In this document: piece by piece, positions 40,238-48,236 of the stretch
Numbering within the stretch: the stretch's first letter is position 1
Layout: each line of letters begins with the position of its first letter
Origin: a virus
Taxonomy: Duplodnaviria > Caudoviricetes
Strand: one strand, 5' to 3'
DNA: 53,503 nt
IMG/VR virus record: IMGVR_UViG_3300015370_000019
Coordinates: 1-53,503 of that record
The notes under the pieces: generated by a model
Told to the model about the DNA's origin: nothing
Database searches by the model: none
What the model saw: only the letters and a program-made list of their open reading frames with translations
Translations under genes and position numbers: made by a program

Positions 40238-42015
40238 GCACCACCCCCGATCAGCTCGAGCTGGCGCGGGCCAAGCTCCATGGCCGGCAGCGGCCTTGAT
40301 GCAGCCGGCTTGAGGGCGGAGCCCTTGCCGGCCAGATACGCTTCAGCCAGCGCCTGAATGCGCGTGCGGTCTGATTTCTGATCGGCGGGCATGGCCAGCG
40401 GGTTGACGATGCCGTCCGATTGGCTGGCCTTGAGGCCGCACACGTCGAGGATCGCCGGGTCGCTGCCGCCATCGCTGACCAGATAGATGGCGTCGACCTC
40501 GTTGATCTGGCCCGGCCTGGCGAGGCGGGCAATGAACTGATCGTGCACCTTGGGCGACCAATCGAGTTCGCCAATGACGGCGGTGTGGGCTACGTGCTGC
40601 AGGCCATCGAGGCCGGCGCCTGATCGCAGCGAAAGAATGATGATGCGCGCTTCGCCCGAAAGGAACGCGCGCTTGCTCTTTTCCTTCTGGCCCGGCGACT
40701 CGGTGCCGGTGTAGAGCACCGGATTGAAGCGGGCCAGCCGGTTCAGCCAGATGTCGTAGACGTCGCGGTGCCAGCCCGCCAGCACCACCTGCTCGCCGGC
40801 CTCGAGCAGAATGCGCACGAACGCGGCAACGTGCGGCGCCTTGGCCACGCCGGTGGCGTGGCGCATGCGCATGTCGAACTCGCGGGCGGCTTGGCCGCGC
40901 TCGGTGAACGTGCCGGCCGTCACCTTGATGGCGAGATCGCGCATCAGCTGCTCGTCTTCCTCGAGCACCTCGGCGTCATAGGCGATTTCATGGGTGATGG
41001 TGTTGATGCGCTTCTTTTCGTTGCCGACGTCCTCGTTCGTACGGCCCAGCATGGCGTGCTCTTCGCGCAGATAGGTGCCCAGCGCCTGCGGGTCTTTGAC
41101 GATCCACTTCTTCCCCGGCCCCATCTCGCACCACTCGATGGTGAAATCCAGCCATGAGCCCAGCGCGTCAGGGTCGATGAACTGCATCACGTGCCAGATT
41201 TCTGATCCGTAGTTGTAAATGGGAGTCCCTGAGAGCCCCAGCACCGTCTTGGCGTTGGCCTTGAAGGCGGCGGCCGCCTGGCCCTTGGCGGTATGAGTGC
41301 CGTTCCTCAGCTCCTGGATTTCATCGAAGATCAGCGCCTGGAAGCCAGCGCTTTCGGCGTAGTCGATCCAGCCGGCCAGTTTCGAATAAGGGCAGATGTA
41401 GACGTCGGCTGGCGGCAGCTCATAGGGCGAGGCCTTCTTGAAGGCGTGCACGCTGAGGTGGGTGAACTCGTTGAGCTTCTCGGCCCACTGCGACACCAGG
41501 TGCGTTGGCGGCACGATCAGCGCCGGCAGCTGTTGGGGATCGGTGATGGTGGCAATGCCGGTCACGGTCTTGCCAAGGCCCATGTCATCGGTGCAGAGCA
41601 GGCGGCCCTTGCGGCGGCAAAGCTCGGCGGCCTGCGCCTGGTAGTCATAGGGGCGCTCGCCGTCGCGAAAGCCGACGATGCTGGATGGCTTCCAGTCTTT
41701 CGCAAGCAGCGTTTCAAGCTCGGCCTGGCCGGTCTCGAACAGCGTCTTACGCTGCTCGAGGTGGCCCAGGTCATCGGCGGCGATCAACAACGGGTAGCGC
41801 TCGATAAACCAGCGCAGGTCGGCATCGAGCTGCGGTCCACCGACCAACTCGAAGGGCGGCACGCCGGTCTTGGGGATGCGCGGGAAGATCGCCTTGAGGC
41901 GGATGCGCACGTGCGGTTCGAGATCGGTAATGCGCCAGCCGTTGCGCATGCGCTCGATGGCGCCATAGGTGCGGACGGCCACCCCGTCTCGGTTGAAGAG
42001 CGTGGCGCCGGTCAT
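40234..42015 (-). CDS. SNF2-family (SF2) helicase
   Basis: DDMGLGKT, FDEIQ, LSGTP, SGAGLDGL and QFIARLARPGQ. Confidence 0.93.
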   Translation of the reverse strand: MTGATLFNRDGVAVRTYGAIERMRNGWRITDLEPHVRIRLKAIFPRIPKTGVPPFELVGGPQLDADLRWFIERYPLLIAADDLGHLEQRKTLFETGQAELETLLAKDWKPSSIVGFRDGERPYDYQAQAAELCRRKGRLLCTDDMGLGKTVTGIATITDPQQLPALIVPPTHLVSQWAEKLNEFTHLSVHAFKKASPYELPPADVYICPYSKLAGWIDYAESAGFQALIFDEIQELRNGTHTAKGQAAAAFKANAKTVLGLSGTPIYNYGSEIWHVMQFIDPDALGSWLDFTIEWCEMGPGKKWIVKDPQALGTYLREEHAMLGRTNEDVGNEKKRINTITHEIAYDAEVLEEDEQLMRDLAIKVTAGTFTERGQAAREFDMRMRHATGVAKAPHVAAFVRILLEAGEQVVLAGWHRDVYDIWLNRLARFNPVLYTGTESPGQKEKSKRAFLSGEARIIILSLRSGAGLDGLQHVAHTAVIGELDWSPKVHDQFIARLARPGQINEVDAIYLVSDGGSDPAILDVCGLKASQSDGIVNPLAMPADQKSDRTRIQALAEAYLAGKGSALKPAASRPLPAMELGPRQLELIGGGA

Positions 42016-42557
42016 TCCGCCACCTCGAGGATTGGATAGTCGTCACTCATCATCCCGAGTGCTTCTGCCCGCGCCTTGACGTCGGCCTCAGCGCAGCCCA
42101 GCGCGGTGGCGATCTCCGCGTCGCTCATCGTCGTGTGTGCCCACATCGCCTTGAGTGCCGCGTCACGCGCCTCACACCACCAGCCGCGCGGCAGCGAAAC
42201 CGTTCCATCAACGAACCGGCGCACCGCTTCACGCACCCGCTCCAGGCGTGGCTGGGCGTCATCTGGCATGGCCGCGAAGCCATCGCAGACAATTCGCGAA
42301 ACGAAGCTGTGGTCGCGGTCGACGACGCGCACGATTTCGGCCTGCGAAAAGCCGTTTTCGGTGAGCGTCAGCACCAGTGCGCGGCGGGCGCGCGACTCCT
42401 GCTTGCCGCGTGCCATCGAGAACAGCGTGCTGCGCGAAACCCGAAACTCCGTGCAGGCGGCGGATGCCGCGAAGTCAATCAGCGTCTGCCGGCTGTTTTC
42501 GCCGTGCACCGCGCCATGGTGGCGGGCCGATTTGCGCATGTCACCCATCACAGCCAC
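42012..42557 (-). CDS. Two-HTH protein: DnaA-CTD-like N-terminus, GcrA-like C-terminus
   Basis: GFSQAEIVRVVDRDHS and W...RDAALKAMW....SDAEIATALG. Confidence 0.55.
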   Translation of the reverse strand: MAVMGDMRKSARHHGAVHGENSRQTLIDFAASAACTEFRVSRSTLFSMARGKQESRARRALVLTLTENGFSQAEIVRVVDRDHSFVSRIVCDGFAAMPDDAQPRLERVREAVRRFVDGTVSLPRGWWCEARDAALKAMWAHTTMSDAEIATALGCAEADVKARAEALGMMSDDYPILEVAE

Positions 42558-43015
42558 CCCCGCGCGATGTTGACGCTATCGACCAGAACGCGGCGGCGGC
42601 CGATGGTGTCGGGCAGCGCGAAGCTCTTGGCCGTCAGCACCACCAACTGGTTGATGCGCTCATCTTCCGCATAGCGGCGCAGCTGCCGGGTCAGATCCTT
42701 GGCGGTGCCCTTGATCTTCACCTCGATGCCGGCGCCGATCGAGGGCACGAAAAAATCGATGATGCCTATGCCAACGCCGGTGACTTTCATGTCGTGGCCA
42801 TTGATGTGCACGTTGAACTCGCCAGCCGACTCCGGTGGCGCATAGAGCTGCACCTCGCGCTGATGCTCGATGCCGTAGCTGTCGAGGCGGCGGGCGATCT
42901 CTTGCTGCAGGCGCTTTTCGTCTTCCAGCGGCAGGCGCACGTGGCGCAGCCGGTCGATCAGCCAGTTGAGCTGGCGGCAATCGTCAAGCGCGGTCTGGTT
43001 GATGGCCACGTTCAT
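42548..43015 (-). CDS. PD-(D/E)XK-type nuclease-like protein
   Basis: HQREV.L, GIIDFF, GIEVK and QLRRY. Confidence 0.65.
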   Translation of the reverse strand: MNVAINQTALDDCRQLNWLIDRLRHVRLPLEDEKRLQQEIARRLDSYGIEHQREVQLYAPPESAGEFNVHINGHDMKVTGVGIGIIDFFVPSIGAGIEVKIKGTAKDLTRQLRRYAEDERINQLVVLTAKSFALPDTIGRRRVLVDSVNIARGWL

Positions 43016-43671
43016 GATTTGGCACCTTTTGGGATCAGAATATCGATGACGTCGCTGATCGAACCGGCACCAGCCGCCGGTGCCTCATCCGGCCTGAAGC
43101 GTGCCATCAGGTTGTTGAAACGGCCGACGAACTGCTTGGCCACCTCATCGGCCGGCAGCGGCACGATGCTTGACGGGTGCGCGGCCGGCAGATGCGACCA
43201 CGGCGCGGTGCCGGCCATCAGATCGCGGCGCTCGGTTGCCAGCGCCACGTCATCGGCATGGCCGACGATGGCGGCAATGCGCGGCGGCAGCGGGTAGGCA
43301 AGCCCGAACGCGCCGAAGATCCGTGCATCGGCTTCCTTGACAAGCGCATCGAGGGCCGCCGATGCGCCACGTTCGCGCATCTCGAGTTTCACCGGCCGGG
43401 CGATGTCGGAAACGATCACCTCATGGGCATCGTGCAACAGGCCGTAGAGCGCCCACTCGGCGTCGAGGTCGAGCATCAGCGAAACCCAAACCGAGTGTTG
43501 CGCCACCGAGTAGGGCAGCCGGGTGGCGCCGTTAAAACGGTTGATCTGGCTCAACTGCCTGGCCAGATCGGCAACGCTCATCTCGAAACGCAGGGCGTCG
43601 GGATCGTTGCGCTCGGCGTTGAGCCAGTATTGGGTGCCATCGATCAGCTCGAGCCAGTTGCCGTGTGTCAT
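43012..43671 (-). CDS. HD-domain phosphohydrolase (YfbR-like 5'-deoxynucleotidase family)
   Basis: RFNG, YSVAQHSV, LLHDAHE, DI.RP.K and AD...LATERRDL. Confidence 0.88.
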   Translation of the reverse strand: MTHGNWLELIDGTQYWLNAERNDPDALRFEMSVADLARQLSQINRFNGATRLPYSVAQHSVWVSLMLDLDAEWALYGLLHDAHEVIVSDIARPVKLEMRERGASAALDALVKEADARIFGAFGLAYPLPPRIAAIVGHADDVALATERRDLMAGTAPWSHLPAAHPSSIVPLPADEVAKQFVGRFNNLMARFRPDEAPAAGAGSISDVIDILIPKGAKS

Positions 43672-44168
43672 TGACCGTCGATCTCCTCAAGTTTCGCTCT
43701 GAACCGCTTATCATTTTCGGCCCACCAGGCCAGTGTGTAAGGCGGCGCGGTGTATTCGCCGGCACCCAGGCGATAGGCGGCCTGCGGCGGCGTCTTTTGC
43801 TGAGCCGGCTTGGCGGCCTTCGGTGCCGGCACCGTGACCATGACCGGCGGTGCGGCGATAACTGGTTCGCTTTCCAGGCCGGCCAGTGCGGCGCGGACGG
43901 CGGCGACGTCGGCATCGACCGCGCGCTCCCTGGCGGCCCAGCGCAAATGATGCAACACCGTCGTGTGATCGCGGCGCAGCACCCGGCCGATATGAGGCAG
44001 CGACCAACCGGCTTCGCGGGCCAGCACGCAAACGACGCGGCGGGCACGCACGGCTTCGCGGTGGCGGCCCTCGCCAACGACAGCAAGCTGGCTCATGCCG
44101 AAAGCCCGCGCGGACGCCGCAACGATGTCACCAACGCGCAGCAACGGGGCTGAGATTTCGTCCCTCAT
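43668..44168 (-). CDS. DnaA C-terminal-domain-like HTH protein
   Basis: VRARR...LARE.G.SLPHIGRVL.RDHTTVLH. Confidence 0.85.
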   Translation of the reverse strand: MRDEISAPLLRVGDIVAASARAFGMSQLAVVGEGRHREAVRARRVVCVLAREAGWSLPHIGRVLRRDHTTVLHHLRWAARERAVDADVAAVRAALAGLESEPVIAAPPVMVTVPAPKAAKPAQQKTPPQAAYRLGAGEYTAPPYTLAWWAENDKRFRAKLEEIDGQ

Positions 44169-45103
44169 GGCGCGGCCTCCGAATTTGCATCGTCGCCGTA
44201 GAGCGCCATTGCATCGGCGAGCAGCTCGGCGTCGACCATGGTTGTCGATCCGCCGGCGAACAGCTTGAGGGCGATCCTGTTGCCGGTGGCCTCGAGGTGG
44301 CGGCGCCAGGCCCGGCGCTCATCGTCGCTGCGCAGGTGGCAGGGTTTCACCGTCGCCTTGCTGGCCGCCTTGCAGGCCTCAACCGCCTGCGCGATTGTGG
44401 GAAACACCGAGCGAGCACGCCGGATGCTGGCGGCGGCGGCCTGCAGGGTGGCGATCGAATAACCGGACAGATCGCTAACCAGGTCGGCCATGGCGGTGGC
44501 CTGCTTTGGCCGCACCTGCAGCACCCGCTCGAGCGGTGCGATGAAGTGCTCGGCAACCCGCATCTGCCAAGCACCCAAATTCAAATTGAAAATTTCACAC
44601 ACACGCTCACCTGCGCTGATCTCTTCGCGCGCAGTGTGTGAGAGAGATTGAGAAGTTTCTTGAGAAGTCTTATCCTGCTGACCCTGCGTCAGTGCCTTTA
44701 TGTCGTTAGGGTCAGTGCCTTCCACTGACCCTGCGTCAGTGCCTTTTGCAAGGTACTGACCGTCCGTCAGTGCCTTTTTGTCGTCAGGGTCAGTGCCTTT
44801 TTCGGCGTCTTCGGACACCTTGGGCCACGCCGGCCGGTACTCGTTTTGCTTCCATTTCTGACCCCTGAAGCCGTGCTGGAATTTCTTGAGCCAGCCGGCG
44901 GCGACAGCGAGGTTGATGTGTTCGCACACCGCACGCTCAGAGAGCCCCGTTTCGCACTGCAAATCTTTGGTAGTCGGATAGCAGCCTTCGCCAACGTCGT
45001 TCATGTGGCAGCTGATCGTCAGCAGCACGTGGCGCGTGGTAGGCTTCAGATCGCTCTCAAGGATGGCGTGGCGCCAGGTCCAGGCGCGGCGGCGGTCGCT
45101 CAT
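44165..45103 (-). CDS. Replication initiator (N-terminal wHTH, lambda O-like organisation)
   Basis: CYPT...L..ETGLSERAV..HI...GWL; iterons inside the gene. Confidence 0.85.
   Translation of the reverse strand: MSDRRRAWTWRHAILESDLKPTTRHVLLTISCHMNDVGEGCYPTTKDLQCETGLSERAVCEHINLAVAAGWLKKFQHGFRGQKWKQNEYRPAWPKVSEDAEKGTDPDDKKALTDGQYLAKGTDAGSVEGTDPNDIKALTQGQQDKTSQETSQSLSHTAREEISAGERVCEIFNLNLGAWQMRVAEHFIAPLERVLQVRPKQATAMADLVSDLSGYSIATLQAAAASIRRARSVFPTIAQAVEACKAASKATVKPCHLRSDDERRAWRRHLEATGNRIALKLFAGGSTTMVDAELLADAMALYGDDANSEAAP
44679..44799. repeat. Replication origin iterons
   Basis: Five GTCAGTGCCTT copies starting at 44688, 44711, 44735, 44766 and 44789; three are preceded by the inverted half CTGAC. 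Confidence 0.85.
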
Positions 45104-45399
45104 GGCGCACCCCCGGCAGCACGCACGGCAACGGCCTGGCGCAGCGCCTCGAGGTTGAGCGTGCAATCGCTGCCCATGTGCGGGCGCGTGACGATGCCGG
45201 CGTCCTGAAGCTCGAACAGCGCCGGCAGCATGAAGAACGTGGTGGCCGCCGGCCAGGTGCGCTTGAGCTCTTCAACGGAGGTAGAGGCAAGCCCCTTGGC
45301 GAGATCGCCGGCCAGCTTGACCAGCACCAGGCGCTGCGCCGGCGAGCCCTTGAACTGGAATGCGAGGGTCTGGGCCTCGTGCATCGTGTTGCCGCGCAT
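45100..45399 (-). CDS. Hypothetical wHTH-like protein
   Basis: QRLVLVKLA...L.ELQDAGIV; overlaps the rep start. Confidence 0.55.
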   Translation of the reverse strand: MRGNTMHEAQTLAFQFKGSPAQRLVLVKLAGDLAKGLASTSVEELKRTWPAATTFFMLPALFELQDAGIVTRPHMGSDCTLNLEALRQAVAVRAAGGAP

Positions 45400-45554
45400 G
45401 TTTCCAACTTTCCCACAAGCTGCGCAGCGAACCCCTTGTCCTTTGGCGAGAACGCAATTAATCTCCCCGCCAGGATCTGAAACTCGAGGGTCCGCCGGGC
45501 AGCCTTGTCCGCCCAAAAACTTGGTCCTGCTAGACCGACTAAGAACGTCTCTTC

Positions 45555-45588
45555 AAAGCCCCGCTGAGCGCGAACTCAGTGGGGCTTT
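45555..45588. terminator. Strong hairpin, probable terminator in the early operon
   Basis: AAAGCCCCGCTGAG-CGCGAA-CTCAGTGGGGCTTT right after the stop of 45594-45926. Confidence 0.6.
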
Positions 45589-45593
45589 CTCGT

Positions 45594-45926
45594 TCAACCT
45601 AAGCGGCTGGCCTGATGCGATTGCAGCGCCTTGTGGCCCTCGTTGCGCACGTCCGCCAGCTGCGCCCGCAACGCCGGCAGATCGTGCGGCGTGACGCCGA
45701 ACGGGCTTGGCCGTTCGTTGTGGCTTTGCACGCTGTTGATGCGATCAATCAGGCGTTGCTCGCGGCAGGCGAGCAGATACAGCTGGCGCAGCACCACACG
45801 CTGCCGGCGGCGGCCCTTCCAGGTCTTGCGTGGGTCTGGCAGCACAGTTTTGTGCATGCGCCGCTTGCGCGCGTCTTTGCTATGGCCGGCCTTCAAAGAT
45901 AGATACCGGCGCCGCTTCATCGGCAT
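45594..45926 (-). CDS. Basic hypothetical protein
   Basis: Arg/Lys-rich ORF with RBS GGAGG. Confidence 0.6.
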   Translation of the reverse strand: MPMKRRRYLSLKAGHSKDARKRRMHKTVLPDPRKTWKGRRRQRVVLRQLYLLACREQRLIDRINSVQSHNERPSPFGVTPHDLPALRAQLADVRNEGHKALQSHQASRLG

Positions 45927-45964
45927 GGATAACCCCTCCCGTATTTCCTAAGCCACCCCTGGCT

Positions 45965-46507
45965 TCAGGCTGCTTTCAATTGCACCGGCCGGCAAAGGCC
46001 TATCTTGCGCCGCTCGACCAGCGTCAGCTTGCGGCGCGGCGGTGGCGGCGGCTGATCGAACGCATAGACGGTCGGGCGCTCGCCACCCGGCATGCGCTTC
46101 TGGCCGCGCCAGACGCGGCGGCCCATCTCGGCCATGATGACGTTGTTGGGGAGCTGCTCGAGGTTCTCGGACAAGCAGTGCTCGCCGTAGAGTAGCCAGG
46201 TTTCGTGGGCCGTAGCCGTCTTGACTTCGGCCGCATCGAGCCAGTCAAGGAAGCGCCCGGCAGCGGATGCCGCATCGAGCAACAGATAAGGCGAGCGGCC
46301 GCCGTTGTGCAGGTCTGCGGTCGGCGGCAAGGCGGCAGCGGTTTTTTTCGGAGTCGGTGGAGGCAGTTGCTTGGGATTGGGCCGGCGGGCGTCAACGCCA
46401 GCCTGGCGGCTCTTGCCACCGGCGCGCAGGCGCACACACCAGCCAAACAGGGCAGAGGTCGCGAGCATGGCGCCAGCGCCACCTCCAACCGCGATCAAGT
46501 CTAACAT
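45965..46507 (-). CDS. Membrane-anchored protein with C-terminal wHTH-like domain
   Basis: Hydrophobic N-terminus, Pro-rich linker, then FLDWL...Y.EHC....L..L. Confidence 0.55.
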   Translation of the reverse strand: MLDLIAVGGGAGAMLATSALFGWCVRLRAGGKSRQAGVDARRPNPKQLPPPTPKKTAAALPPTADLHNGGRSPYLLLDAASAAGRFLDWLDAAEVKTATAHETWLLYGEHCLSENLEQLPNNVIMAEMGRRVWRGQKRMPGGERPTVYAFDQPPPPPRRKLTLVERRKIGLCRPVQLKAA

Positions 46508-46745
46508 CGGCCACCCCCAGCCAGGTTGAATTGCACCCCTGGCCGGGCGGCGCCGTCACGTCATGCAGGTAACATAACAGGCGCCACCGTTGGCCAGGGA
46601 CTAGGAGATACGCCACGCCACTTGAACTCGCTTTTTTGGTCAACACTGCGCAGGCGCGTGTTGAGCAGGCTACTTACCGTCGTCGCGAATGCCGCGCCTG
46701 GTTTCAAATCATACCCAACACCGGCCTGCCCAATGTTGGGCAAAC

Positions 46746-46850
46746 AAAAAAATTCGCGCTCCCGAAAGGTGGCCGCCGGTGACTGCCGGCGGTCAAAGTC
46801 CAGGGAGGAAACGCAACAACGCTAACGAATGATTAACCCTCGCACTGCCC
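46746..46850 (-). ncRNA. suhB / alpha-r8 (MmgR-like) small RNA
   Basis: Minus strand GTTTCCTCCCTGGACTTTG followed by the hairpin GACCGCCGG-CAGTCA-CCGGCGGCC; matches the family UUUCCUCCCU decamer, GACUU and terminal hairpin; 5' end uncertain. Confidence 0.7.
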
Positions 46851-46863
46851 AATGGCTGGCAGA

Positions 46864-47118
46864 CTACGAACCGGCGGCGTGATGCCTGGCTAAAGGAGCA
46901 CCATCGAACTTTGCGCCGGCGGAACTCACGTCCGTGTCCCGCCGGCGCATAAACTCTCTAATCTTGTCAAGGCGCCGCGTAGTCAGCGATTTTTCACGTC
47001 GAATGCGGCTGACCATGTGGTTGTCACAGGCGACCTCGCGGCCGAAAGCGGTTTCCGACATTCCGTGTCGGTCACAAAATGCCTCGATCTCTTTGAGCAG
47101 TTTTTCGGCCGTGTTCAT
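46864..47118 (-). CDS. cro: Cro-like HTH regulator
   Basis: LL.EIEAFC.RHGMSETAFGR...D...V.R.R; divergent from cI. Confidence 0.85.
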   Translation of the reverse strand: MNTAEKLLKEIEAFCDRHGMSETAFGREVACDNHMVSRIRREKSLTTRRLDKIREFMRRRDTDVSSAGAKFDGAPLARHHAAGS

Positions 47119-47124
47119 GGGCTC

Positions 47125-47199
47125 ATATACAGTTGTGATTTGTCACACTTGTCAATGTGAAATATCCCTTGTGAAATCTCACCGCGATTGGGCCATAAC
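47125..47199. promoter_or_regulatory. OR-like region: three operators and divergent promoters
   Basis: TGTGATTTGTCACA (47134), TGTGAAATATCCCT (47156) and TGTGAAATCTCACC (47170); TTGACA on the minus strand at 47155-47150. Confidence 0.85.
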
Positions 47200-47205
47200 G
47201 TTCGC

Positions 47206-47823
47206 ATGAAAGATTGGCGAGACCGGCTCAGGCGCATCATTGATGAGCGCGGGCTAAACATGAAACAGCTTTCGCTCTCGGCCGGCTTGGGAGAGACTGC
47301 CGTGCGAGACATGCTAACTAAGGTTGCTTCACCGCGTATCGACACGGTGATGGCGATCGCTGACGAATTGGGCCTGACACTCACCGAACTGATGGAAGGA
47401 CGCAAGCTTGTGCGCCGCGAGGTGCCGATCATCGGCACAATTGAAACCGCTGAGACTTGGGTGCCAGCGGATGTGAGCCATCTGCAGCACATCACTATCG
47501 ATGTTGATATTTCCGGCGGCGCCATGCTGGCGGTAAAGCTCAACACCAACGCCATGGCGCCGGCCTACCGCGCCGGCGACGTGCTTATCGGCGCCAAACT
47601 GCCGGAACCGGCGCAACGCTTGAGCGAGATCATCGGCGTCGACTGCATTATCGAGACGGTTGACGGCCAGCGGCTCGTCAAATTCGTGGCCCGCAGCCCA
47701 GCGCGCCAGCGGGTAACGCTGAAAAGCTTCAACCCGACAACCCCGGATCTTGAAAGCGTGGCGTTGGCATGGGCGGCGCCCATCAGCGTCATCATTCGCG
47801 GCAAGCCAACCGGTAACAACTAG
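47206..47823 (+). CDS. cI: CI-like repressor (XRE HTH plus degenerate S24 domain)
   Basis: HTH LSLSAGLGETAVRDML...PRIDT..AIA; S24-like AM.P.YRAGD...G..LVK...L.SFNP; flanked by operators. Confidence 0.9.
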   Translation: MKDWRDRLRRIIDERGLNMKQLSLSAGLGETAVRDMLTKVASPRIDTVMAIADELGLTLTELMEGRKLVRREVPIIGTIETAETWVPADVSHLQHITIDVDISGGAMLAVKLNTNAMAPAYRAGDVLIGAKLPEPAQRLSEIIGVDCIIETVDGQRLVKFVARSPARQRVTLKSFNPTTPDLESVALAWAAPISVIIRGKPTGNN

Positions 47824-47874
47824 CCCCACACCACAACCCATACAACGCGGCACCCTATCGGCGTGTCGTGTTGA

Positions 47875-47924
47875 TGTGATGTTTCACTTTGCTGATTGAC
47901 ACGATGTGAAAAATCACATATCGT
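47875..47924 (+). promoter_or_regulatory. OL/PL-like promoter with two operators
   Basis: TTGACA-17 bp-TATCGT (47896-47924); TGTGATGTTTCACT (47875) and TGTGAAAAATCACA (47905). Confidence 0.88.
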
Positions 47925-47987
47925 TAACGGCACCAAACATCGCTCTTCGTTCTGCGTTGGCACCACTCAACCCATGAGGCCACCACA

Positions 47988-48236
47988 ATGACCATCACCA
48001 CCGCAGCCAGACAGACGTATGTTGCACGGCATCTCCGCGAGATGTCACCAGCCGAACTGATCAAAGTCATCGCCAGGGCATGCGACGAACTCGAGCAACG
48101 CAACATCGCCAAGGCGGTGCGCGAACACACGGGCCGCATCGCCCTCGAGTGCGACGATCTCGAAACCATCGTTGAAGCCGTCAACACGGCGCCGGCAGAA
48201 ATCACCGGCCGTCAAGCCCAAGGCCAGCACGCATGA
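47988..48236 (+). CDS. Hypothetical early protein
   Basis: First ORF after PL; RBS GAGG. Confidence 0.6.
   Translation: MTITTAARQTYVARHLREMSPAELIKVIARACDELEQRNIAKAVREHTGRIALECDDLETIVEAVNTAPAEITGRQAQGQHA

Noticed and set aside
43012-43671. Z-genome (DatZ/PurZ) or other base-modification pathway
   Set aside because: An HD hydrolase is present but no PurZ, MazZ, phage DNA polymerase or queuosine-type genes
44679-44799. Regularly spaced 11-bp repeats as a mini-CRISPR array
   Set aside because: Repeats and spacers are too short, they lie inside the rep gene, and there are no cas genes; they fit origin iterons
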